The notes beneath the pieces were generated by a model. That model was not told the DNA's origin and did not search any database. It saw only the letters and a list, made by a program, of their open reading frames with translations. A stretch of DNA of 64,000 nucleotides, from assembly GCA_048772705.1 (NCBI GenBank), contig JBLWGC010000230.1, positions 310,001-374,000 on the forward strand, in the 5' to 3' direction. The position numbers and the translations under genes are program-made. The DNA is from Leidyana gryllorum EB-2025a (taxonomy: Eukaryota; Protista; Apicomplexa). Within the stretch, counting starts at the first letter, position 1, and each line of letters begins with the position of its first letter. Of the stretch, positions 35,616 through 45,904 are shown in pieces.

Positions 35616-35963
35616 TCACATGCAATCTCGATCCTCGGGCGGCAACAGAGGAGCCAACTGGCATTCCCGAACGGCTCGCAGTACATCCAGTCGATTAACA
35701 CGGCTGCTGCGCCACCATAACACCACACGGCCGCATCCCCTCCCTTACTGCTTGGCCTTGACGGCAGCATCCTCAGAGGCACAGGCTACGAAAAGAACAA
35801 AGAGGGCCGTGGCTTCGTCTGTAAACTCGACAAAGTCCTTTGAACTGCTGAAGGAAACGGGCAATTCCAGAGACTGGATGGCCCGTGCAATCAGCCGTCT
35901 CCTCCAAGCGGCTGGAACCAACTGCTGCGGTGCCTGAGGCGGCTCCTCAGTGATCTCCTCCAT
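35616..35963 (-). CDS. Small H2B-like histone-fold protein (DPB4/CHRAC17/NF-YB/NC2-beta class)
   Basis: With intron 35707-35748: ...VPAAWRRRLIARAI...SSSKDFVEFTDEATALFVLFVACASEDAAVKAKHSRVNRLDVLRAVRECQLAPLL; three-helix histone-fold pattern. Confidence 0.7.
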
Positions 35964-36508
35964 TATATTCCGCAACTTGTTGAAAGAACCGTGTGACTGG
36001 GGGGATTCCGAGAGAGATGTACAAAGCAGCAATCCAACAATCTCCACTCACCTCCTTTCAATGTGATGTTCTGCAGCCGGATCTCGTTGGCCTCCAAAGT
36101 AGAGGAGATCTCAGGGCAGTGTTTATTGGTGAGTTCCCTCTTCTGTGAACAAAAGATGGCAGAGTAAAGCGTTCTACCTACCTTGAGCGCTGCTGCTCTT
36201 TTCCGCTTTTGTCCTTTGCCTACATCAACTTGAGCCTCTTTCTTCTTCTTGGAGTTGAGGGCAGCTTTAAGAGATGCGAGTCTGGAATTTATAGTGGAGC
36301 TCTTGACCTTAGCCACCTTGATGACTTTATTGCTGCTGCTGATTGCTGACTTGGAGCTCACAGCCTTCGCACTCTTGCTGCTTTTGGAACCACTCTTGGA
36401 GACACGCTCTCCATCCGAGGGTTTCGCTCGGTTAGACGCTGCATTTTCAGATGGTCTGCTGGCCGCAGCAGCATTCAGCTCTCCGAGAAATCCTTCCCAG
36501 CGCTCCAT
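35947..36508 (-). CDS. Rrp15-like nucleolar protein
   Basis: K/S-rich basic N-terminus; introns 36143-36181 and 35997-36051 give EIRLQNITLKGVTRFFQQV, matching the Rrp15 motif E++L++IATRGVVQLFNAV. Confidence 0.62.
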
Positions 36509-36530
36509 TTTCGGTTCGCAAAATAAAATT

Positions 36531-38673
36531 ATGGGAGCGCCAAGCCGAAATGGTACCAAGAAGTCTGCGGCTGCTGAAGGCCGAATGCGCTCTATCCTCT
36601 TCCTGGGAGGCTACATGCAGTTCATAATGCGTCGAGTCGTCAATGACCCATTGCTTCAGGCCTCCATCCTGTCCAGCTATGTCTGCCGCCAGTATCCCAA
36701 GATTGTAACAGAGCCGTTTGTAGTCTTCACGGCTTTCACCTCCCAATTTCAGACTTTGCTGCCGGACGTGCATCCCTGGCAATACCAAAGCTACTGCCAG
36801 TTTAATATGGTGGGATCTTATCGGAGATGGATTCTCCAGGCTCTCTGGGCTCGCAAAGCAACTCCCACTCAACTCACCCTCCTCTTAGCTGTGTTGTATG
36901 CCGCCCTAAATGTTCCCGTCCGTCTCTGTTGCTCCTGGACTGATGATGAACCGATAGAGCTCCCATACGACGTTCGACGAGCAATCTTAGCAGCTCAGCT
37001 CTCCACTACCTTTTCAGCCGCGCCTCTCCGACTGCCCCACGTCAAGTCTCCGATCATGTGGTTGGAGGTCCATTGGCCAGAACTGGATAGCTGGGTGGCC
37101 CTTGAGCTGTATACTCAGCGCTTCAATGTCTCAAATGCTTTGTTGGGCTGTTTGCCTCCACGAGGAAAGCATTTGAAACCTTCGGAAACACAGCCTGAAC
37201 ACCTCCGGGCACACGCCCGCACAATCATTGCCAGCAAACTTGACCCTCAGTATTTGAGTTTAGAAACTGTTGCTGTGGGGACGAATAAAGGTGCCCCAAC
37301 GAACACAACTGTCCAATACGATCTCTTCACTGGATTCCCCCTTGACTCCAGCGACTCGTCATACTCGGACGACGAGGCCTATGAAGCTGTGGAAGCCCAG
37401 GCTAAAGCAGAGGAGATCAAAGCCCGACAAACAGCAGTCCCAGCATTCTGCATTGATGATCACTATTGTGTCAAATGGCAGAGTACGCTGACTGACAGAG
37501 TTTTGGCGCAGTCCTTAACCACCACTCCGCTCGAACGTCTCGAGTGGAAGCCCTTTACATTCTTCCTTCCCCCGCCGCAGCCCGCAACCCGTGGAGCTGG
37601 GGCCAAACAACCCAAAGGGCCACCTACCCCCAAGTGTCACTTGTTGAAGATTCTGAGGGCAGTTCTCAGTTGTGACGTCGACCTTCAACTGAGAGATGTC
37701 ACTTTTCGCTATCTTCCAGTGTAAGTCAATGGAAACCCGCGACGACAGTACCAAAGCGTTCCCACAGATCACAGACTAATCGACATAAGACCGTTCGCAC
37801 CGCAGTGCAGTACGTAATCAAAGTGCTCTATCCCAACCTGGCACGAACGCGGTGGCACGCACTCGATGTTCTGGACGAACTGGCACTGGCTCGGTCGAGG
37901 GTGACTATGGAATTGCCGAAGAGTCTATCGGCCTTCAAAGATCACGAAGTATATGCGCTCGAGAGTCTGCTCAAGAACAAAGAGATTATGGTACCAGATC
38001 GAGGGGACCCCGTCGGCTACTTCCGCGGAGAGCCGGTGTGGCTACGGGTCCATGTCAAACCGCTCTTGACGATCCGGGAATGGGAGCGGAAGGGACGGAA
38101 TGTCGTGGACGTCCAGAATCCAATCAAAACCGTTGAGATGAAGAATCGGCAACGTGAAGTGCGGCAGATTGGACTCTACTCGGAACCACAAACCGAGCCC
38201 ATGTCAGAAGAGCAGTACCAACGTCGGCTTACTAATTCGCCCGGATACTTTGTAGTCAAACGGGTGAGTCCTGCTTGCCGTGTTTGTAACGCCGCCTACG
38301 AAATCTCTTTCGTTCCTCCACCGCAGGGCATCCTTCCTGAAGGCTGGGTTCTGCTGAAAGACAGCACCTTTCCAGGTGTACTGCGGGCTGCCCGCCACGT
38401 TGAAGCTCCGTTCAAGGTTGCGATAGTCGGTTTTCAGTACACACGCGGCGATTTGAAACCCATAAAGGATGGGATAGTTTGCGATGAGAGTTGGCAGGAT
38501 CGGGTGCTGGAGCGTCAAAAGGGTAAGCGACGACCTCTCCTCATTGCTTCATTTTTACAAGTGGTGCAGTGATCGAAGGCTATGATCTACGACACGCTGC
38601 TTTCGAACGTCGAAAAAGGGCTGTGGGATGGTGGCGAGTCCTTTTTAAGATGGTGGTCGCCACGGCCGAGTGA
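36531..38673 (+). CDS. XPC: DNA damage recognition protein XPC/Rad4
   Basis: NDPLLQASILS, WLEV...WV, DVTFRY, LPKSLSAFKDHEVYALE, GYFRGEPVW, WERKGRNV, AIVGFQY..PIKDGIV; introns 37721-37767, 38264-38326 and ~38523-38569. Confidence 0.9.
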
Positions 38674-38736
38674 CACGTCTGTCACCTGCGCGTGCACCCT
38701 ATACATGCACTCTTGTGTGGGCTGACACGGAGGACA

Positions 38737-40101
38737 ATGGGCCACATGAATTATTTCCTGCTCGCTGCGGGCGTTCTGTCCGTATCTGGGCAACTTCATT
38801 TCGCCTCTTTAGGTTCTTGGGGTCGGAACAACAATGATCAGAAGGCAGTCGCCCAAACTCTGAAGAAGAATGCCTTTTCACCGCCTCTCAGTTTCATAGT
38901 CTCTCCAGGTTCCAACTTTATGGAAGGTGTCGAAGATCTGGATGACTCAACCTGGACCACTCACTTTGAGAATATCTATGAAGGCTCCGAACTTAACTTG
39001 CCTTTCTTCGCTGCTCTCGGTGCTAACGACTGGGACGGCAATGTAACTGCTATGGTGCTGCGGACCAATGTCACTTACGGGAAACCCCTCTATCTTGGCG
39101 GACGAGATGAAGAAGAGACTGAAGAGATATTCCCCGAGAATGAGGAGATCAATGACAAAAAGACCGTTCTTCCTCGCCATGTGCAAGGACCGAGATGGAC
39201 TGTACCCAACTTCTTCTATCATTACACACAGTCTTTCCCCGATACTTCGGCCGCCAATGCCATCGTTGCCGCCCCTGAAGTCAGTGCCTTCTTCATCTTC
39301 ATTGACACCAAGATTCTCGGTGCTGCCTTCCCAGTCGATGATATGACCAGCCGTCACTGGAATGCCCTCCGTCAAATGGCTGAATCCGCTTCCAAAACCT
39401 ACGACTGGATTATCGTCGTGGGTGACCAGTCGATCTACTCCTCCGGTACGTTGCACTGAAAGCTATCCTCCCCTCATCCTGATGCCTTCTCTTCACACAG
39501 GAAGTAGCGGCGGCTCGGACTACCTTCGTAACAACCTTCGACCTCTCTTCCGGGAGCATCTCATCGATGCCTACATCAGTGGTTCCGACCAAAATATGGA
39601 GCTTATTGAAGATGGCTCGCTCATCCATATCACTTGCGGAAGTGGCTCTGGTGGCACCAGTGGACGTCTTACCAGCCATGACGGATCTGTCTTCTTCTCA
39701 AGCAAGGCCGGATACTGCCAACACAGTCTCACCAGCAAGCACATGAGAACCACCTTCATTGATGGCTATTCTGGCAAGAAGTTGTTCTCCTACAACAAAC
39801 TGCGCAACCTTCGCCAAAAGCGCTTCCAGGACAGACTCTTCCATCTCAACCGCATTCCGACCGTAAGCTCATCAAAAGCAGATGTGCCCTCGATATGTTT
39901 TCACAGGTTGCTTATTTACCACTGCCGCCCGGAGTAGGCGGAGCTCCCGGTGGAGTGGTTTCTGGAATCAGTGGCAGACGTCCCAACACAATCTTCGTTC
40001 TGATCTGTGGAGCCTTCGGTCTCCTCTCTGCTCTGTTCGTTAGCACCACAGCGGCAGCGACCATGAGCAAGCGTTTCCAGAAGTGGAGACACAGACATTG
40101 A
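38737..40101 (+). CDS. GAP50: Glideosome-associated protein 50 (degenerate purple acid phosphatase fold, C-terminal TM)
   Basis: Signal peptide then QLHFASLGSWG, FIVSPGSNF, LGANDWDGN, PRWTVPNFFYHY, FIFIDT, VVGDQSIYSSG, DAYISGSD; C-terminal hydrophobic anchor; introns 39446-39500 and 39863-39906. Confidence 0.93.
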
Positions 40102-40140
40102 AGATGCGGTCCTGCATTTGTCTTTCTTTTCTTTTGACTT

Positions 40141-40579
40141 CTATGCAAACGCTTCACTGAGAGCGTACGAAACGATCATTTGGTCAGGTGATTTCAACAC
40201 TGTTGCAATGTCCGCAAGGGCAAGATCATCAGCTAGTTGCACTGACGATCGAAAGTATAAGAACTGAAAATCGTGTGTGTCCCAAGCGTGTGCGTGCCGG
40301 CACGAGACACCACTTACGATCGGTCGCCCTGACACATTGATCTGGCAACTCTACTCTTATCGCTTCTCACCAACGAGTCTTGAAAGCTCATTTCGCAACT
40401 CTCCGACAGTTGTCGTGCCCGGAAAGGTCATCGTAGGATCTCGCAGGTGAGGCGCGTCAGCCACAGGTTGAAGCAGTATAGTGACTTGTATTTTCGGTGT
40501 CAGATCTGATTGTCAGACTCATCCACTCACCATCTCCAGCTCGAGCATTGAACCAAAATTTACTCACTGTAGTGTCCAT
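40141..40579 (-). CDS. ATG12: ATG12-like ubiquitin-like protein lacking C-terminal Gly (N-terminal exon uncertain)
   Basis: Introns 40264-40317 and 40329-40370 flank an 11-nt exon: VTILLQPVADAPHLRDPTMTFPGTTTVGELRNELSRLVGRPIFLYFRSSVQLADDLALADIATVLKSPDQMIVSYALSEAFA*. First intron is 40506-40530 or 40485-40530. Confidence 0.75.
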
Positions 40580-41543
40580 GATGAGGTGGTGTCTGCTTAG
40601 TGCTTTTGCTATATCATGGGTCACCGCCGGACACCACCAGTTGGATCTGGCGACAGTTGCTGTTTTCGAGCACAGAGACCGACCCTTCACCCAGGGACTT
40701 GTCGTGAAAGAGCAGCCGGAGTGTATTGGGAGCACGGAGTCGTTTTTGGATGAGTGTTTGCGGAAGTCGAAGGATGCCCAACGAGCCAAGTGCTATGTGG
40801 AGGTTCTTCAACGATGCGTTGTCCTGTATGAAAGTTCGGGACTCTATCAACGAAGCTACGTGCAGCGAATCGAAAACTTTGATACTGGGCACCCAACGAC
40901 GCGATTTTCACTTGCGAACACCGTTTTTGCTGAAGGGCTGGCAATGACGGGCAATGGAGATCTGCTTCTTGGAACCTGGCATGAAAATCGAATTTTACGA
41001 TTACAGGTGGACAAGGAGAAACAATTTAGTATTGTTGAGGAGATCATCGTGTCAGAGCCTAATGAGATGTGGGGTCTGGCCTCTGACGGCAACTCGACTC
41101 TATGGATGACCAGCGGAACATCACTGTTATATGAGTTCGACGTTCCACCCTTTGGAGAAGGTGTTCTTGGAGCTAACGCCTTCGAGCCATTGCACTCCGA
41201 CGTCAAAACCCTGAGTGTTCTGAGGCCAAAGCGGAAAGTACACATACATGACCAGAGGAGAATGATCAGACGAGTGAACGAATTAGAGTATCATCCAGGA
41301 CGGGGAACATTGTGGGGCAACATATGGATGAAAAATATGATTGTGGAGTTTGACCCCAAGACAGGCGCAGTAGTGGGTCTTCTAGACTTGCAGACGTACT
41401 CGGCTCTGAACATCAGTGCTGGTCGAAAATCCATCGACGACGTCTGGAACGGGATTGCCTTTATTGGAAACAACTGGATGGTGTTCACAGGGAAGCGATT
41501 CCCGTACATTTATATCGGAAAACTAGAGTTGGCTCCTAGATGA
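40578..41543 (+). CDS. Secreted glutaminyl cyclase (glutamine cyclotransferase, plant/bacterial beta-propeller type)
   Basis: Signal peptide MMRWCLLSAFAISWVTAG; FTQGL, YESSGLY, FAEGL, EMWGL, NELEY, WNGIA, TGKRFP; intronless. Confidence 0.9.
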   Translation: MMRWCLLSAFAISWVTAGHHQLDLATVAVFEHRDRPFTQGLVVKEQPECIGSTESFLDECLRKSKDAQRAKCYVEVLQRCVVLYESSGLYQRSYVQRIENFDTGHPTTRFSLANTVFAEGLAMTGNGDLLLGTWHENRILRLQVDKEKQFSIVEEIIVSEPNEMWGLASDGNSTLWMTSGTSLLYEFDVPPFGEGVLGANAFEPLHSDVKTLSVLRPKRKVHIHDQRRMIRRVNELEYHPGRGTLWGNIWMKNMIVEFDPKTGAVVGLLDLQTYSALNISAGRKSIDDVWNGIAFIGNNWMVFTGKRFPYIYIGKLELAPR

Positions 41544-42559
41544 TCAAAGAGAATCTCTGGGTGGGTACATCAATTATACTACAGTGGCGGAATACTACAC
41601 TCCAAAATTGCCCCTCAAATAGCCTTAAGTCCCTTCAAGGCAGATTAAAGAATTCCAAGTGGATATTGCTGAAACCATGATCTCCGAGCCGTTTTTTCCC
41701 CGAACAGACTTTAGTGCCAATCCTTCAGCAACTACTACTTATCCATCATTATGTAATAGATGATATGGGGTACTCGTACATCAGGGGGGTATGTCGATCG
41801 ACACAGGGCATGACTGCTGGGGTTGATGGGCGATGAGCCAAGATCCACGCAAGAAGCACTTGTCGGCACAGCGAAGCGTGAATAAATGATTGGATTGACC
41901 AGAAGATGGATACGCCAAACCGGTTGCCACTGGCCCTTTGTCGGCAGGCTCGATTTGCCGTCCCAATAGTAAGAAGCGGTTCCAGCTGCTTTGGCGACCC
42001 TGCCAGTTCATGCAATGTCAGCATATCACTGATTGGGTTCTGAGATTTTGCCTCACATAACTAATGAAATGGGCCCATTCCACCTTATGTACTGATGAAT
42101 CTGCCCGATACTATCACAGACCCGGACTCGGCCGGGACTGATCTCGATTGGGACACCACCATCCACTGCAACCGAACTCCTGGTGCAGTGAAAGAGAGCA
42201 GCTGGAGGGCTGATAAATGAGTAATATTTTATTTATCAACAGTCTTTCTCCGTCGTCACGTGAGTGAGGAAAGGGGCTCGACCTCTCCTCCAAACACTCT
42301 TACTCACCACTTACCACGCCAGCACAGGTCTGCAGGGAGAAATTCCCTGAGTGGAAAAAAGATCAGTGCAAGCGATGACTAGAGATTAGCTGGGTTTGCA
42401 GGGTGTGGACATTACAGGCATAATGTACTTTCTGTATCATTCCTATTAGTCTATCTCGAGCGATATAAGAATAGAGTCGGAAAGATGACGAATAGACTGG
42501 TGAGAACAGGCTCTCTGACTAGGAAAGTGATCGTGCCGGAGCGGGCGATTGCTCTGACT

Positions 42560-43351
42560 CTACTTCGACAACTCGACATCGAAGATTGCGTCATTGCCAG
42601 GGAACGCCTGTTTGAGGGAGTGTGGTCAGAAGGAGAGGTGGTGGGTGTCGCTTACCGCAAACTTGGCTTTCAACTGTTGTTTATCGCGTGCTTCGACTAG
42701 GGGGGAAATGACATTGAGGACTGCGTGCATGAGGGGTTCCATAGCAGACTGTTCAGTGCTTGTTGTCCAGATCTCAAATTTCGTTCCTCCTCGAGGCTTT
42801 GTGACGAGACGCAAGCCACCGATGGAGTGACCTCCGATATCATCGAAGTTCTCTCCTAAAGTGGGTAGTGGGGGAATTTTGAGCCGGTCAGGCTTACCGA
42901 TCAGAGCCAGGAGGAGGTGAACCCAGATGTCAAAGTAGCGAGAGGTCATGGAGGGTCCGCCCGGTCGATTTGCTCCGCCTCCGAGTTGCAGAATGATTCT
43001 TCCTCCAGCCTTGAAAGGTTCTACGTCATAGTCAGGAGTGAGCTCGTTCCGGAAAACGGAGTAATCGCAGTGTGCAGTCTCGAAGGGGTTATGAAGATTG
43101 TTGATTAGACACCAGAAGCCTTCGACGGTATTGAAGACATGACCCTTAACGTGTTGCTGCTGCCAATCCCGGCTGTTCTGATTAGCACCCTCTTTGAGTC
43201 TCAACCAGAAACACCAGCTGCCAAGAGAATTTGGGGGGCGAGACGGGATGCGCACTTACGGTGTCTCCAAAGGGTGCGTTTGTTGACGCTGAGCCGAACT
43301 TTGGGCCGGGTCTTCGTTGACGGGAGTGGCTCGAGTCTCGGCTGCGGTCAT
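42560..43351 (-). CDS. eIF4E: eIF4E-family protein, divergent
   Basis: Introns 43218-43259, 42856-42897 and 42608-42655 give HPLETPWCFW, FNTVEGFW, DYSVFR..TPDYD..GGR, LLALIGENF, KFEIWT. Confidence 0.88.
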
Positions 43352-43464
43352 CTCCGACCTTCCTCCAGAATTTTCGTAAATAAAATCTTTGAGGGGTTTA
43401 GGGCCCAGTTCACTTGGCTGCCAGCTCTTTCCTCACACACAGCTGATGCCTATCAGATCGCGAC

Positions 43465-45143
43465 ATGCCACACTTGCCACCGGGAGCGCCGCTATCTAAG
43501 AAGGCTAGGAAGAAGAAGACCAAATCAGCTCAGCCCGCTATTGCTGTCGAACCGGTGGTAACTCCGCCGCAGAACGCATTCGAGTTTCTCCGGCAACGGA
43601 CGAAGAAGCTGGTACTTAGCCATCCCGCGCACCAAGATGTTGACTCGGAACTCTACGAGGCGTTACGGGTTTCCTTCGAAATGAGTAGTCTCGCAGTGTC
43701 GACTTCCGCAATGCTTCTCGCCGCTCCGCAGCCACTCGATTGTACTCTGCCCGATATTGCATACCAAAGAGTGGTAAGAGAGAGACTTTGTTCAAAACCC
43801 ACCCCGCCATTTGATCTCACACAGTACACCGAACGCCGACGGATGCTAGACGCCACAGCCACGGCCGTACCCATGTTGAACCAGAAAGGGGCCAATGTAT
43901 GCTTCGCCAACAGTGTGTTGCAGCTACTCGCTTCATCGAGTGCTTTCGTCTACAATATCGTGCAACAGACCTGGCCTTGGGTCTTCGAGGTCTCCGACAT
44001 GCTGCTCGTAAAGGAAGTGTACGAGTTCTGCGCACGGTCGCTCTTGGGGCAAGACGAGGAACCCTTCACGCTCTCCACAGCTCCTGAAGGTCTTTTGGGA
44101 CAGTGGCAGTCACTGCTCCAACGAGATCCTGGAATGGAGGAAGACGCGCCCGAGTTTGCTCTTTTCGTACTCGACGCTCTCGCCAAGGCGGTTACGGTGA
44201 GTCCCATTATTATTGTGCGCGATTCCTCGAATTTAACTTTCCGCCGCCTCCACAGATTGGGAAAGGCGTTTCTGACGCATCGGCTGTGGAGAACACCTCT
44301 GTTTTCAACACTGTTGGGAAGGCTGGAAAGAAAATCAAATCTGTCACACCCACAACAGATGTGAGAGTCAGTCTGGGAGAGAGGTATGTTAGAATATTGT
44401 GTGGAAGAGTCATTGAAATCATCTTTGGCAGCATATTCGAGGGAACTCAAGTTCATATATTGGAGGGAAAGAAGACAGTGCAACATACCGACCCGTTCTA
44501 CATATTGACTCTGCCTCTGAGCCCTCGAGTCCGCACCCTTCAGTGAGTGGTGGGAGATGGATAATATATGGTGAAATCTTCTTTATAGCGGGCTGCTGGC
44601 GGAATTCACTGCCGATCAAACTTCTGGTCCAACCACCAAGTTGGAGACATTGCCCCCGACCTTACTGCTACAGATCCCCAGGAGTCAGTATGATCCCCAT
44701 CGGATGATGGTGGTGAAATCCACTCAAAGAGTCAGTTGTCCCAATACTCTTGTATTGGATCAAGATTACCTGAGTCCCAAGGCACGACAGTTTTGGACGC
44801 CGGAGCTGCTGCAGCACTGCTGCTACGAGCTCACGGGGATTGTCTGTCATCTCGGAGGCTATGCTGACGCCGGGCACTATGTGACATATGTCCGACGAGG
44901 AGAAGAATGGTGAGCTATTAAGTCCCATACGCTATCTGTTGTATTTCACTACCATCTGAATGCAGGATACAATGTGACGACTTGACAGTATTGTCGATGT
45001 ATGATGAAACGACCGTGGAGACATGTGGGTATCTGGTGGCATACGAAATGCGAAATTGCATTCCCGTATCTCCAGTTGCCGCGAGTGCGACTGGAGATAG
45101 TTGGCCGCGGTATCTACGGTTTTTGGAATCCAGTATGCTGTAG
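43465..45143 (+). CDS. Ubiquitin-specific protease (peptidase C19)
   Basis: Cys box NQKGANVCFANSVLQLL, EEDAPEF, His box YELTGIVCHLGGYADAGHYVTY, WIQCDD, GYLVAY; about 4 short introns. Confidence 0.88.
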
Positions 45144-45171
45144 TCGACGGTTTTTTTTTGGATGGAATACA

Positions 45172-45894
45172 ATGGGAGCCGCGGTTCAAGAGTTCATTGA
45201 ATGGCTCCGTCTGCGTCAATTATTGCACAATGACTTCATCACATCAGTGGTCATCCAGTCCAGAGCCACTGGACAATTCGTCAGTGTGCTCCTCCGGAAC
45301 AAGATGTGCGATCTGCCGCCCGGAGAAGGGTCAGAAGTGGAGCTACTGGAGTCGATCCCTCGGGAATGGCTTATTCCCGGGACAGAGCGGCACTTTAGTT
45401 TGCGGAGAGTCTATATTACGGTTCAGTGGGCACAACAATGTGAGGAGACTGGTGGTGTGAAACTCAAGACGCTGCCCTGGAAGCCGACGACTCCCATTCC
45501 TCCGCCAGTGACTCCAGAGGATTATGAGCGTATGAATCACTGGCCACTGTGCTGTAGCGCTGTTTCACGGAAAGATTGGACTCGGAAGAAGAGAGATCTC
45601 TTCAACTTCTTCCAATCGAACCAGGGGAACCTGCACGGATGGGTGTACAATGCACGATCTCCAGGGCAGTGCGGTCAATTGTTTCAAATTATCGATGGCC
45701 ATCGAACAAAAATTGCAACTCCAATTCATGTCACTGACTCGTATGAGAAGCGATCGTATCAGTGCCCTATTCATAAACAAGATGTTTCCATTGAGGTCGT
45801 ACCGCGCAAAGCAGTGAAGCAATATATCGTCGGAATCCAAAATTTCACTCGTATCCCGCGTTCCTTCTCCATTATCCTTACAAAAATAGCGTGA
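45172..45894 (+). CDS. Hypothetical protein, possible ADAT3/Tad3-like N-terminal part
   Basis: Open frame from ATG 45172; PPPVTPEDYERMNHWP resembles the ADAT3 P-x-T-x-x-[QE]-[FY]...HWP motif; no clear deaminase Zn site; 3' end uncertain. Confidence 0.45.
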   Translation: MGAAVQEFIEWLRLRQLLHNDFITSVVIQSRATGQFVSVLLRNKMCDLPPGEGSEVELLESIPREWLIPGTERHFSLRRVYITVQWAQQCEETGGVKLKTLPWKPTTPIPPPVTPEDYERMNHWPLCCSAVSRKDWTRKKRDLFNFFQSNQGNLHGWVYNARSPGQCGQLFQIIDGHRTKIATPIHVTDSYEKRSYQCPIHKQDVSIEVVPRKAVKQYIVGIQNFTRIPRSFSIILTKIA

Positions 45895-45904
45895 CTCTCT
45901 CATC

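Noticed and set aside
36249-36530. Leu-rich, signal-like N-terminal extension of the XPC ORF
   Set aside because: TTG-initiated antisense reading of the Lys/Ser-rich Rrp15-like gene.
40359-40368. ATCGCTTCTC, identical to the 5' end of U2 snRNA
   Set aside because: The match stops at 10 nt, there is no branch-point pairing region or Sm site, and it lies antisense within an ATG12 intron.
42262-42350. ACTTACC (U1-like) and AAGGGGCTC/GAGAA (RNase MRP-like) words
   Set aside because: Order and flanking structure do not fit either RNA; left as an unassigned ncRNA candidate.
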